Positions 1 to 13,523 of a stretch of 64,000 bases of DNA are shown here, one piece after another. Every line of letters begins with the position of its first letter. Position 1 is the stretch's first letter. The stretch comes from the human T2T-CHM13v2.0 reference genome, Homo sapiens, in assembly GCF_009914755.1 (NCBI RefSeq), contig NC_060947.1; one strand, written 5' to 3'. The translations under genes and the position numbers were made by a program. The notes under the pieces are model-generated. The model saw nothing but the letters and a program-made list of their open reading frames with translations. It did not search any database and was not told the origin of the DNA.

Positions 1-1482
1 AAAAAGAATTTGGTGACTCTGTGTGATACCTTCAAGAATTTGTGAAAAATCAAAGAATATATAACATTATTTTGTTGCTTCTAATGTTGCTGGATAAAGT
101 GATGAATGGAAAGTATGAGCTCAGAGATTCTAATTTAATGCTCCAGCTCTGCATAAATAATGTTAAGAGCTTCCAAGTATGTTCTGAGCCAGAATCTTTT
201 CTCCTGTAGCCACAAGATTAAAGTTGCTAAAAATTAAACATAAGCCTTTACCAAACTATTGGCTGAAGTAGAACAAAAGTTAACCCCATAAGGTGTCTAC
301 TGTTAAAGTGAGGAAATTGGTTGGGAAATAATGAAATCCTGTAAATTGGGTTGTGAACATGTGGAAAGACCCTGATGAGACTAGGGACATGACACTCCTA
401 AGTTCTGATGAGTCTTGTTTTCCAGCAGTTGTGGCCTCCCTCTCCCCATCGCAAGCTGCAGTGCCATCCTCACCCAAAGTGACCACTGGCTTTTGCACAG
501 CTGTCTGAGGCAATTAACTCCGCATCGCCTAAGAGATGTTAATGACTTTCCCTGAGGCAGTTACCAATTAAGACAAAGCTGATTCTCCTCACGACCCACC
601 TTCATCACCCCTCTTTGCTTCTAGGCCTATAACTAGACTTAAGTCCCAGCAGTCCTCTACAGGTGAGGGACAACGTCTTACTCATGAAGAGGTGTACTAC
701 ACTCCAAGATAACAACTTTAGTTTTTTAATTTGTACAAGCAGAAAGCCAGAGAATATGTGTGAAAATGGATATTAATGGTTTGATACAATGGTGAAAGGA
801 ACATAAAGTTGAATCTCACCAAATTTGTTGATACGGACCCATTAAGCAGATATTCTGTATTTAATTTTGTAGCTCAAGGAGTTAGAAAAGGTGCTAACAG
901 TTTGTTTTTTTGGTTGGCTAAAACATGGATTAAAAGATGGCTGAAAATGAGCAAGTCAGAGGTGCCTGATTTCCTTTGGTCTAATGTAGAAGGAATTCAA
1001 AGACATAGGTAGATTGAAATTCTAGAGTAAATTTGTCACTTGAAACATACCCACAATGGAAATGTCCAGAGGACATAGCTTTCACTAATGCTTTGAGAAG
1101 TAGGTTTGTGAGGGGATCCCCAGCATCCCTAAAGAGCTCCATGATTGCTTTTCTCTGTAGCCCAGACTTTACAGTAGAAATCACAGTCATTCAATAGATA
1201 AATGCAATAAAGATAATTGAATCCCAGGTTGACAGAGGCCAATTGGTGGCACTCATATGTTGAAGGCAAGGTGGGCATAGTTATTGTAGTGGAAAACAGA
1301 AGCAAATCAACAATCAGAATAGTTTGACTCATGGAGATACACAGTGATGGCTAGTTAACCATGGCATTCTTAGAAGTGAAATAGATATGAATCTTAGTAA
1401 ATTCTTACTTGATCTGTATAAGTAGAAAATTTTCAGATCAATTGAACAAAAGTCTGACTTAAACCATTAAAACTGAGCCCTT
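1..1482 (+). mobile_element. ERVL (class III, HERV-L/ERVL-B4-like) internal region, decayed gag, left part
   Basis: Its start is collinear with the HERV-L gag-region fragment at 63345-63640 (GTGACTCT...TACCTT, TTGCTYCTAA...CTGGAYAAA). It has many stops and resumes at 4041 after an L1 insertion. Confidence 0.75.
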
Positions 1483-4025
1483 TGCAGGACCTCCCAACTG
1501 GGGACTCCAGCTGCTCTCACTGGTGTTCTCTGGCTGACAAAGCTTTCAAACCTCTCTGAGATGGAGCTCCCAGAGGGAGGGGTGGACCATCATCTTTGCT
1601 ATTTGGGCAATTTAGCTGTTCTGCCCTTCAGGCTTTGAAGAGTCCAAAATGATCAGGAGCTGCAGCGGATCCCCACCACAGCAAAGTTGCTCTATAAAAA
1701 TGTGGCCAGGCTGTTTTTTTAAGCAGATCACCAATCCCATTCCCCCTCACCAGGGGAGAACTCCCAACCCAGGTCTCCAGCCACCTCTTATAGATGAGTT
1801 TGGGCCAGCAACAGGTGCATACCTCCCTGGGACAGAGCTTCCAGAGGGAGAAGCAGACTGCCATATTTGCTGTTTTACAGGCTTCACTGTTGATACCTCC
1901 AGGTACTGAAAAACCCAAGGTGAGGAGAGACTGGAGAGGACTCCTAGAATATGGCATCAGCTCTATGGAAAAATTGCCGAATTCTCTGCACTGGGAAGGC
2001 CTTCTAAGCCTGGGCCTCTAGCCACCCTACGCCAGGGTTATTGAGCCAGTTGCAGCTCTGCAACTCCCTGAACAAAGACCCCAGGGGCAAATGAAAGCCT
2101 CTCTGCCACTGCCTGTGCAGTGGAAGTCCTCTTGCTACCCTCAGACTAATGAAGGAGCAAAGACACTAAGTGCCTTATCCACACCACCAACAAGCTGCAG
2201 CCGACCCAAGGAGAAGAGGCCAGTCCATCTTCCATGGGTCCTACCCACCTTTCGACAAGAAACCCCCAGCTTGGGCCCAAATCACAGCTTCATGGGAAAA
2301 TACTCCATGCTCATGGATAGGAAGAATCGATATCATTAAAATGGCCATAACACCCAAAGCATTTTGTAGACTCAATGCTATTTTTATTAATCTACCATGG
2401 TGATTCTTCACAGATCTAGAAAAAAGTATTTTAAAATTGATATAGAACCAAAAAGAGCCCAAATAGCCAAGGCAATCCTAAGCAAAAAGAACAAAGCTGA
2501 AGGCATCATGCTACTTGACTTCCAACCATAATACTGGGCTACAGTAACCAAAACAGCATGGTACTGGTACAAAAATAAGCACATAGATCAAGGAAACAGA
2601 ATGGAAAGCCCAGATGTATGGCAGCAAACATACAATCATCTTATCTTTGACAAAGCTGAAAAAAGCTATCAATGGGGAAACAACTCCCTATGCAATAAAT
2701 GATCCTGAGATAACTGACTAGCCATATGGAGAAAATTGAAGCCAGACCCATTCCTTACACCATATAAAGAAATCAACACCAGATGGATTAAAGACTTAAA
2801 TATAAAACCCAAAAGTATAAAAACCCTGGAAGACAATCTAGACAATACCATGCTGGACATAAAAATGAGCAAAGATTTCACAACAAAGACACCAAAAACG
2901 ATTGCAACAAAAGTAAAATTTGACAAATGGGATCTATTTAAACTTAGGAGCTTCTGAACAGCAGAAGAAACTATCTACAGAGTAAACAAAAAACCTTCAG
3001 AATGAAAGACATTTTCTTTGCAATCTATGCATATGACAAAGATCTAATATCCAGCATCTATAAGGAACTTAAACAAATTTATAAGAGAAAAGCAAAAAAC
3101 TTTCTTAACAAGTAAGCAAAGTACATAAATGGACACGTTACAAAAGAAGACATATATCTAGCCAACAAGCATATGAGAAAAGCTCAATACCACTAATAAT
3201 TAGAGGAATGCAAATCAAAACTACAATGAGATAATATCTCACGCCAGTCAGAATTGCTATTAGTAAAAAGTCAAAAAATAACAGTTGCTGATGAGGTTGC
3301 AGAGAAAAGAGAACAGATACACTCTTTGTGGGAATGTAAATTAGTTTAACCATTGTAAAGAGAAGCATGGCAATTTTTCAAAGAGCTGAAAAGAGACACA
3401 TCATTTGATCCAGCAATCCCATTACTAAGCATATACCCAAAAGGAATATAAATTATTCCACCATAAAGACACATGCACAGAAATGAAAATAGTGCGTTGC
3501 AGCACTATTTCCAATAGCAAAGACATGGACTCTACCTAAATATCCATCAATGACAGATTGGATAAAGAAAATGTGGTGCATATACACACGGAATACTACG
3601 CAGCCATAGAAAAGAATGAGATTGTGTTTTTTGCAGGAACATAGATGGAACTAGAGGCTATTATTTTTAGCAAAATAATGCAGGAACATAAAACCAATAG
3701 CACATGTTCCCACTTATGAGTGAGCAAAACAATGAGAACTGATGAACATCAAGAAGAAAACAGCAGACGTTCAGTCTATTTGAAGGTGGAAGGTGGGATG
3801 AGGGAGAGGATCAGGAAAAATAACAGGCTTAACACCTGTGTGTTATAATAACACTTGTGTGATATAATCCACAGACCGACCTTCCATGATGCAAGTTTAC
3901 CTATATAACAAATCTTCTAATATACTCATGTTATACCTATATAACAAACCTTCTAATATACTCATGTTATACCTATATAACAAACCTTCTAATGTACTCA
4001 TGAACCTAAAATAAAAGTTAAAAGA
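1483..4025 (+). mobile_element. L1PA11-16/L1PREC2-like LINE-1 with its 5'UTR (1483-2291) fused directly to the last third of ORF2 and the 3'UTR
   Basis: L1PA-type 5'UTR motifs (GGGACAGAGCTTCCAGAGG, GATACCTCCAGG). ORF2 peptide PCSWIGRIDIIKMA from about 2292. 3'UTR AGGATCAGGAAAAA and terminal AATAAAAGTTAAAA. TSD-like AAAACTGAGCCCTT (1469-1482) / AAAACCCGAGCCCTT (4026-4040). Confidence 0.85.
3895..4002 (+). repeat. 36-bp tandem repeat x3 inside the L1 3'UTR
   Basis: TTATACCTATATAACAAACCTTCTAATATACTCATG at 3931-3966, with near-identical copies at 3895-3930 and 3967-4002. Confidence 0.95.
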
Positions 4026-4040
4026 AAAACCCGAGCCCTT

Positions 4041-4728
4041 CATTCAAGCCCCAGAATTCAGCCATTTTACAGACCCATAATCCCTTGAAAGGAGGGGTGG
4101 ATGTGTCTCTTCCTAGGAATGACCCCATTATACCACAGAAAATTTAGATTACTAATCTTTCTCTCATACTTTTCCAAAGGGACCTCTGGCCTGTTACCAA
4201 GGCAACTGTGAATTGGGGAAAGGAACATGATCAACCTACTTGACACTGGCTCTGAACTGACATTGATTCTAAAAGGCCTCAAACATTACTGTGGCCCTCC
4301 AGTTTGGGTAGGGGCTTGTGGAGGTCAGATGATGAATGTAGTTTTAATTCAGATTTAACTCACAGTTGATCCTGTACGTCCCCAAACACATCCTGTGGTT
4401 ATTTCTCTAGTTCCAGAATGGAACATACAAACATACTTAGCAGATGGAAGAATTCCCACATTTGTTTTCTAACCTGAGGAGTGAGGGCTGCTTTGGTGGG
4501 AAAGGCCAAATGGAAGCCATAGAGCTGCCTCTGCCTAGGAAAATAGTAAATCATAAACAAAACCACATCCCTGGAGAAATTTTAGGAATTAGTGCCATCA
4601 TCAAGAACTTGAAAAGTGCAGGAGTGGTTAATCCCACCATATCTCCATTTAATTCTCCTATTTGACCTGTGCAGAAGACAAATGGATCCTGGAGAGAGAA
4701 TGAGAGTGGATTATTGTAAGCTTAACAA
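4041..4728 (+). mobile_element. ERVL internal region, decayed protease and start of RT
   Basis: CTTGACACTGGCTCTGAACTGACATTGATT encodes the LDTGSELTLI aspartyl protease motif (about 4239). RT N-terminal motifs SPFNSPI*PVQKTNGSWR...VDYCKLN at 4643-4727. Confidence 0.85.
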
Positions 4729-7290
4729 ATTCTAAAAATGTTGAAGTAACCCACAGGAAAGCAGGGAAATTAAAGCAGATAAAAACAAACAAACAAACAA
4801 AATACAGAAAGCAAAGTATGTAATAGGAAATTTAAATTTCAACATATCAATAATTACATAAATCATGAAGATTAAACCCCTCAATTAAAAGAAATAGATT
4901 TGCAAATTTGTTTTAAAAAGACTAAATTATATGCCACATAAAAACATGTACAATATAATGCTGTATGTAGGTTAAAATTAAAAGAATGGAAAATGATGCA
5001 TCATAAAATCATTATTTAAAAAAGCAGAATTGGCTATAATAATATTAAAATAAAGTAGACTTGATAGCAAATATAATTATCAGTGATGGAGAGATACATG
5101 ACACAATGATGGAGTGTCAGTTCAGTGAGCAACACATAAAAATTCTAAATATGCATGAGCCAAACAGAGGTGCAAAATATGTGAAGGAAAGACTAATAGA
5201 ACAGAAAGAATAAGTAGACACATCCATGCTTATAGTTAGAGATTTCAACATTCCAATCTCAACAACTGATGAAGCAATTAGACAGAAAATCAGCAAGAAT
5301 GTAGAAGAACTCAACAACACCATGAACCAACAGCATCTAACTGACATGTATAGAATAGACCACTCCAACAACATCAGAATTTTTATGTTGTTTAAAGGCT
5401 TGTGGAACATTTGCTAAGACACACAATATCCTGAGCCTTGAGAGAATCTTAACACATATAAAATAATTGAAATGATCCAGTGTGTTCTTTAATTACAATG
5501 GAATCAAACTAGAAGTCAACAACAACAACAAATACCAGAAAAGATATCTGAACACTTGGAAACTAAACAGAACACATGTAAATAACCTAAATGTTTAAAG
5601 TGGGTTAAAGAGGATGTCTCAAGTAAAGAAACACATTTAACTGAGTGAAATAAAATACAACGTGTCAAAATTTGTAGGATGTTTCTAAATCAGCACTGTG
5701 AAAGAAATTTATAGCACTAAATCGAAGTCTCAAATCAGTAATGTGAGCTTCCTCCTCAATGTCACAGAACAAAAGAGCAAGATATACCTAAAACAAATAG
5801 AAGGAAGGGAACAATAATAATCAGAGAAGAAAAACATGCAAGTGAAAATAAAAAAATAAATCAATTAAACACAAACTTGTTATGCTAAAACATTGTAACA
5901 TTAACAAACCTTTACCAAGAGTGACAAGGAAAACAAAGAAAAGACATAAATAACTAATATCAGGAATTAAACAAAGGATATCACTGCAGACCATGCAAAC
6001 ATCAGAAGAATCATAAGAAAACACTATGAACAAACTTTACATGAATAACTTTGATGACTTAAATGTACAAATTTATTGAACAACACAGTTTACAAAAACT
6101 CAAAACAGATTATTCAAATGGCCCTTTATTAAGGAAATTGAAATTATAATTTAAAAATCTTGCCAAAAAAGAACTTTTCAGATCCAGATGGTTTTACTGA
6201 GAATTTTACAAAATATTTTTAAAAATTATCTCAATTCTACACAATGTCTTCAGAAAATAGAAGAATTGGAAAAACTTCTCATTTAAATGTTAAAAGCAAG
6301 TATAATCCTGATACTAAAACGGGACAAAGACAATACAAACAAAACAAACTCCCCGAGTTACACAAAAAACCAACAAAAAACTTGCAGATCAAAATTTCTC
6401 ATGAATATAGTCACAAAAAACTCTTTAATAAGATATTAGCAAATAGAATTTAGTCACAAAAGAAATTATATACCATACAATTGGAATTATTGCAGGGATG
6501 CAAGCCCAATTCAATATTCAAAAATGAATCAATGTATGATTGATTGATTTATCTTCAACACATTAAGAAGGTAAAGAAGAAAAGCTACATGATAATATCA
6601 ATTAATGCAGAAAATTATTTGACAAAATTCTATACCTATCTATGATAAAAATATTTAGAAAACTCGAAAAAGATAACTTTTTTTCAACTTGATCAAGAGA
6701 ATCCATAAAAATTCTGAAATGAATATTGCACTTAATGGCAAAAGATGCGTGTCTACTCTTATATTTTAATTAAACATGGTACCAGAAGTCCTAGGCAGTG
6801 CAATGAGGCAAGAAAAGAAATAAATTACATACTGATAAAAAATGAATAAATAAAACTGTCCCTCTTTGCCTACGACAGAATGGTTTATTTAGAAAATTCC
6901 CAGGAATCTACATGAAAATCCTTCTAGAACTAATATGTGAGTCAAGAAAGATTACAACATGCAAGACACAACATACAAAAATCAATTGTGTTTATATATG
7001 TTTGTAAAAAACACATAGAATTCAAAATAAAAAATATAACACTACTTTGAATTACTAAAAAATAAGATAAAATACTAAGGTATACGTCTAATAAAATATT
7101 TACATGACATGAATACTAAAAACTACAAAAATATTGATAGAACAAATGAAGGAAGACCTAAATAAATTGAGACCTACCATGTTCATGTGTTGAAAGAGTC
7201 AACATGATAAAAGAGTCAACATGGTAAAGACAACATTTTTTCTCAGAATGTTACACATATTAAATTAAGTCATATCAAAATACCAGAAAG
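4729..7290 (+). mobile_element. Ancient L1M (L1MC/MD-like) ORF2 EN-RT fragment
   Basis: Degenerate ORF2 peptides such as LIVRDFNIPISTTD..RQKISK..EELNNT and ILANRI, in collinear order. Confidence 0.8.
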
Positions 7291-7332
7291 ACTGCTATAG
7301 GCAGAGGGAAAGTTGATGGAAAAAATTAAAAA

Positions 7333-8532
7333 GGAAGAAGCAGAGCAAGATGGTGAAATAGATGGACATACTGATAGTGCCCCCCACAAGGACACTAATT
7401 TAACAACTGTCTACACAAAAAGCATATTCATAAGAATGAAAGATTAGTTGAGCATCCGCAGTACCTGTTTTCAACTTTGTATCAGTGAAAGAGACACTGA
7501 ATTTTTTTTTTAAGTTTTCATTCTCTAACACCACCTCTTCCCCACTCCACTGCAATGGTAGCATGGTGCTCAGAGCATTTCTGTGAACTGGGAAAGAGAG
7601 ATTACAGCAATTGTGAAGTGTTAAATGCAGTTCTGTCTTTTTATAGCAGAAATAAATACCATATCAAACTCAACTGATGCTTACACATGAAGGGAGCTTT
7701 TAAATCAGCCTTAGCCAGAGGGGAATCACCAATTCCAGTGGTCAAATTATGAGTTCATGCAAGCCTAACCACCACAAGATATAAAGTGCTTGGGGAATCT
7801 AAAGAAACTTGAAAGGCAGTCTAAGACACAAGGACTACAACACCTATGAAAGTTCTAGTGCTGATCAGGGCCCACAGACAGTGGACTGGTTGGGGTGTGA
7901 TCTACTAAGACACTAACCTGAGGTGGCTAAGAGACTGCTGGCAACACTCCTCCCCTAACTCAAGGCTGTATACCTGTAGCTCCAAAAGAGAAACCTTCCT
8001 TTCACTTGAAGAGAGTAGAAGGAACAGTGGGGTGTGAGGGGTGACTTTGTCTTGAATCTTGGATACCAGTTCAGCCACAGCAGGATAAGGCACAGGTTGG
8101 AGTCATGAGACCCCCTTTCTATGCCCTAGCTCCCAGAAATTTTGAGACATACCTTGGGCCGGTAGAGAGACTGCTGCCTTGAATAGAAAGACCCAGCCCT
8201 GGTAGTATTCATCACCTGCTAATTTAAGAGCCCTTGGGCCCTAAATAACCAGTAGTGATACCCAGGTACTATATTGACAGCTTTGGCTGAGACACTGAGG
8301 CTTGCTGGCTTAGATATCAGCTTGGCCACAGCAGGGTGGAGCACCAAGTAGGCTCTTGTAGTTCCCAATTTCAGAATTTGGCTTTTGGTTGGCATTTTTA
8401 GACCTTCCCTAGACCAGAGGGTGTCCAGTTCCAGGCTAAGCAGTATTAACTACAAGCTGACTTGAGAGCTCTTGGGCCTTAAGGGAACATTGTTGGTAGT
8501 CTGGCAGTACTTCCTGTAGGCCTGTGGTGGTG
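7333..8532 (+). mobile_element. L1MA-type 5'UTR fragment
   Basis: Begins GCAGAGCAAGATGG...AATTTAACAACTGTCTACAC. Homologous to the 5' end of the minus-strand L1MA at about 48100-49730 and to 41928-42378. Confidence 0.75.
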
Positions 8533-8600
8533 CCTACTCAGGGTCAGAATCATCAAGCTGTCGCTGAGTAAAATAAATTTTTCAGCTCCATTATAATCTT

Positions 8601-10497
8601 TTAAAAAATAGGCTTAAGGGGTACAAGTTTAGTTTTGTTACATGGATATATTGCATGGTGGAGAAGTCTGGGCTTTTAGTGTACCTATAACTTGAACAGT
8701 GTACATTGTACCCAATGAGTAAATTTTCATCCCTTAACACCCTTCTAACCTCCCACCTTTTAAAATCTCTAGTGTCTATTATTTTACACTGTATGTCCAT
8801 GTGTACCCATTGTTTATCTCCCACTTATAAGTGAAAACGTGTGGTTTTTGACATTATGTTTCTGAGTTATTTCATTTAGGATAATGGCCTCCAGCTGCCT
8901 CCTTGTTTCTGGAAAAGATGTGATTTCATTCTTTTTTATGGTTAAGTAGTATTCCTCTGTGTATGTGTCTGTGTGTGTGTATCTCACATTTTTAATCCAA
9001 TCGTCCATTGGTGAATACATAGGTTGATGCTGCCTTTTTTAACACAATGATTTCTTTTCCTTGGGTAAATAGCCAATAGTGGGACTACTGTATTGAACAG
9101 TGGTTCTATTTTTAGTTGTTTTTTTTTTTAGAATTCTCCATACTATTTCCAATAGATGTTGTACTAATTTATATTTCCACCAACTGTGTATAAGCATTCT
9201 CTTTCCTCTGCATCCTTTTCAACATCTGATGCTTTTTGACTTTAATAACAACCGTTTTGACTGGTATAAGATGATATCACATTGTGGTTTCATTTTGCAT
9301 TTTTTGATGGTTAGTGATGATACTAATTTTTTCATATGTTTGTTCACCATTTGTATGTCGCCTTCTTTTAAAAGATGTGTGTTATGCCCACTTTTTAGTA
9401 GGGTTGTTTTGTGGTTGTTGTTGAGTTGTCTGAGTTAGTTTTAGAGTCTGGTTATTAGCCATTTGTAAGATATATAGTTTGCGAATATTTTCTCCAATTC
9501 TGTAGGTTTTCAGTTCACTATTCATTATTTCTTTTGCTGTTTAGAAGCTTTTTAGTTAAGTCCTATTTGTCTACTTTTGTTTTTGTTTTGTTTGCTTTTG
9601 AGATATTACTCATAAATTCTTTGCTTAGGCCAATGCCCAGAAGAGTAGTTTTTGAAAATTCCTCCTAGGTTTTGTATAGCTTCAGGTTTTACATTTAAGT
9701 TTTAATCCATCTTTTGTTAATTTTTGTATATAGTGAGAGATATGGGTCGAGTTTTATTCTTCTGCCTATGGCTATCCAATTTTTTTCAGTATCATTTATT
9801 GAACAGGGTGCCCTTTCCTCAGTGTATATTTTTGTTGACTTTGTCATAGGTTGGTCAGGGGTGGATTTATTTTTGGGTTCTCTATTCTGTTTCATTGATC
9901 TGTATCATTTTATACTGGTACTATGCTGTTTTTGTTACTGCAGTTGTATAGTATAATTTTAAGTCAGATAATGTGATGATTCCAGGTTTGTTCCTTTTGC
10001 TTAGAATTGCTTTGGCTATTCAGGCTCTTTTTCCATCCCATATGAATTTTAGGATTTTAGGATTTTTTTTCTGATACTGTAAAAAATGATTTGGTAATTT
10101 GAAAGAAGTTGTGTTGCATCTGTAGATTGCTTTGAGTAGTATAATAATTTTAACAACATTGATTCTTCCATCCATGAGAATCCGATATTTTTCCATTTGT
10201 TTGTGTCATCTATGATTTCTTTCAGCAGTATTTTCTAGTTGTCCTTGTAGAGTACTTTCATATCCTTGGTTAAATGTATTGCTAGATATTTTATTTTTTT
10301 CTGGCTATTGTAAATGGGGTTGAGTTGGGTTGTAAATAGGTTGATTTATTTATCAGTTTGATAATTATTGGTATATGCAATCATTACTAATTTTTGTATG
10401 TTGATTTGGTATCCTGAAACTACTGAAGTCATTTATCAAATCTAGGAGTACTTTGGAGAAGTATTTAGGGATTTGTAGGTATGAGATCATATTTTAA

Positions 10498-10543
<46 letters not shown>

Positions 10544-10772
10544 TTCCCTTTTTCCAATTTTGATACATTTTATTTATTTCTCTTGCTGGATTGCTCTGGC
10601 TAGAAATTCCAGTATTATGTTGAAAGGAAATGGTGAAAGTGGGCATCCTATTTTTCTTCCAGTTTTTAGGGGAAATGCTTTCAACTTTTCCCCATTCAGT
10701 TTGATGTCAGCAGTGGGTTTGTTATACATGGCTTTTTAAACTTTCAGGCATGCTTCTTTGAGGCCTAGCCAT
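8601..10772 (-). mobile_element. L1PB3/4-like LINE-1, 5'-truncated
   Basis: 3' end signature GGGGTACAAG...GTTACATGGATATATTGC...AAGTCTGGGCTTTTAGTGTA. Antisense ORF2 peptides ([15 protein letters not shown]). TSD CATTATAATCTT (8589-8600) / CATTATAATATT (10775-10786). Confidence 0.85.
10500..10542. repeat. (TA)n microsatellite, about 21 units
   Basis: Pure TA run seen directly. Confidence 0.98.
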
Positions 10773-10852
10773 ATCATTATAATATTATGGAACCATTGTC
10801 ATATATGTGGACTGTCATTTAACAAAATGTTACTATGCAGTGCATGGCTATA

Positions 10853-11910
10853 TCTGTCAAAAAAACTAGTATCTAAAAAATATAAAGGATATTCCAAACT
10901 CAACAGTTGAAAAACAGACAATCCAACTAGAAAATGTGCAAAAGACATCAGGAGGCATTTCACAAAAGAGGATGTTCTACTGGCAAATAGGGACATAATA
11001 TGTTCTACATGAATAGCCATTAGAGAAATTAAAAATAAGATCACAATGGTATATCACTGCACACAGATAAAATAAAATATAGTAAAAATACCAAATGCTG
11101 GTAAGGATGTGGAGAAACTATCATTCTCATGTGTTTCTGGAGAAGATGTAAAATGATAAATTTAATCTGGACAATAATTTGGCAGTTTATAAAAACCAAA
11201 TATAAACTTGCCATACAATTCTACAACAATCACCAACATGGGAATTTATTTAAGAGGAATGAAGTCTTATGTCTACACAAAAATACATAAGCAAATATGC
11301 AGAGCAACTGCATTCATAATTGACAAAAATTGGAAACAGCAAAACATGTCTTTTCATAGATAAATGGCTAAATAAGACTGTGTAATGCCCATAATATGTA
11401 ACACTACTTAGCAGCAAAAAGGAACAAACTATTGATACATGAAAGAATGCAGATGCTCTCATGAACATTGTACTGATTGAAAGAAATAAATTTCAAAATA
11501 TCCCACACTGTATGAAGCCATTTACATATTATCCTCAAAATGACAAAATTTTAGAGGTGGAGAAAATATTAGTGGTCTCTAGGAGTTAGGGATGCAGACA
11601 AGGTCTCCAGACAAGTGAGGGGTGTGGGTACAAATATAAAGGAGGTGAACAAGAGAAATCTTTGTGTTGATGGAAAAGTCTGTATCATGATTGTGGTGAT
11701 AGTGGTTACACAAATCTACACATGTTATAAAATTGCACAGAGCTACACATACACATTGTAGGAATGTAAATGTCCTGGCTTTTATGTTGAGCCAGATTTG
11801 CATAAGATGCAAATATTGGAAGAAACTTGGGGATATGTACAAAAACAAGTTTTCTGTAATATCTTTGAATCTTCTTAAAATCTGTAATTATTTCACAATT
11901 AAAACAGTAA
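10853..11910 (+). mobile_element. Ancient L1M (L1MC/MD-like) ORF2 end and 3'UTR
   Basis: CAAACTCAACAG...GCAAAAGACAT...CATTTCACAAAAGAGGAT and ATAGCCATTAGAGAAAT. Probably the continuation of 4729-7290. Confidence 0.75.
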
Positions 11911-12343
11911 AATTAACAAAAGAAAGTTTAACACTGAAAATACAAGTGTTATGTATTTTTAATTTACTTTATTTAAGTAAGCTAAAAATTCAAATAAAAT
12001 ATTATATCTGAAAGTAAAACTTCACTGAACAGGAATAACATCAAATGAGACATGATAAAAGAAAATAACACTGAACTTAAAATCAAGATGATATGCACTG
12101 TGGAAACCGACCCATAGAATGAAAAAAGGCTCAACAAATATACCAAGTCTCAGCAAATATACTTAATATGTGTGAACATATTAAGTAGATTTTGTACATT
12201 TAAAGTCCCAGAAACAGAAAGTGGTAAAAAAAATTTGAAGAAACACCCAAAACTTTTTTAAAAAATACGGATTTAAAAATATTAATCCAAAGATTCACAA
12301 ATCTCAATTCATCCCAGGAAAGGTAAACATAAACTAACCACAC

Positions 12344-12793
12344 TGTACTAGTTTCCATGGGGCTGCTGCAACAAAATACCACAAAAGTTGTGGTGAAAGT
12401 TGACAGAAATTTATTTATTTATTTTTTACAGTTCTAGAGGTTGGAAGTCCAAAGTTAAGGCATCAGCAAAGCCCTCTTGTCTCTGAAAGCGCTAGGTAAG
12501 TATCTGTTTCATGAGTCTCCCAGTTTCTGGTGTTATTCCTTGGCTTGTAGACACATTACTCCAATCTCCGCCTGTATCTTCACATGAAATTCTCTCTATA
12601 TCAGTTTATTCACATAGCCATTTTATAAGGACACAAGTTGTTAGCTTCAGTGGGCTAACCCTAATCCAGTATTAACACATTTTAATTTGATTACATCTGC
12701 AAAGGTCTTATTTCCAAATAAGGTTATGTTTATAAGTAATGAGAGTTAGGATTTAAACATATCATTTTGGGACATACAATTCAGTCTGCAACA
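12344..12793 (-). mobile_element. MLT1B/C-like MaLR solo LTR
   Basis: TG...CA ends. GGCTGCTGCAACAAAATACCACAAA, CAGTTCTAGAGGTTGGAAGTCC, ACATCTGCAAAG..TATTTCCAAATAAGG. Confidence 0.8.
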
Positions 12794-13523
12794 CATTCCA
12801 AGAAACATCTAATCAAATTTTAGAAAAGCACTTATAAAGAGAAATAACTTAAAGGCAAAAGTATTGGGCACAGCAGCTTGAGGCTAATGAATTACAGCCA
12901 GGACAAGCAATAAATGAAAAAAAAGCCTGAGAAGAAAGACATTGAAAAAGTAGATACATCGGGGGGAGGTGTAGGCTTGTTAAACGTTTCTGCATATATC
13001 ATGAAATTGAGAGGAGCAAGAGGATGCCCAGGGGTGCAACCATGAACAGAAAAGGCCTGAGAAGACCCTAATCTTTTACTTCAGGCTGATCTCCATGATC
13101 TGGCAAGCATAAAGTGAAGACTAAGACATAGTTGTAAATGGCCTGGCTAAGTACTGAAAGAGTACTCCAGCACGGAAGCAATCTGCAATAACTGGGAAAG
13201 TTTTTTTTTTTTTTAATTTTATCTTTATTTTATTTTCTCTTTCACTGGCTCCAAGAATTTAAGGAAACCTTGTCAATATTCTATTTGATCAATGTACTAA
13301 CAGAACATAGATTGCAATGGCACACAGGACAAAGAATACAAACTTCAAAAATAGTTTAGAAAAGTCAATAAGCAAACAAACAACAACAAGCATATGGAGT
13401 TGCAAGTGAAATCACATAGCCAAAACAATCTTGAAAAAGAGAAAAAATGCAGGACTCACATTTCCTGATTTCAAAATTTACTACAAAGCTACCATATGGT
13501 AGTGGTATAAGGATAGACACATA

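Larger units (their letters stand above)
8533..10850. mobile_element. Tigger3/MER47-family DNA transposon terminal fragment (8533-8600 plus 10775-10850) split by an L1
   Basis: CTCAGGGTCAGAATCATCAAG...TTTTTCAGCTCCATTATAATCTT then ATGGAACCATTGTCATATATGTGG...GCATGGCTA followed by TA. This matches the Tigger3 terminal region as I recall it. Confidence 0.7.

Noticed and set aside
1-330. Similarity between the window start and 63345-63640, suggesting a segmental duplication or long terminal structure
   Set aside because: Both are the same gag region of two independently inserted, highly diverged ERVL elements.
3895-4002. 36-bp repeats of CRISPR-like length
   Set aside because: Head-to-tail with no spacers, inside an L1 3'UTR of a primate genome.
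7193-7226. 17-bp tandem duplication (similar 11-bp ones near 48708 and 54349)
   Set aside because: Ordinary slippage events in neutral repeats.
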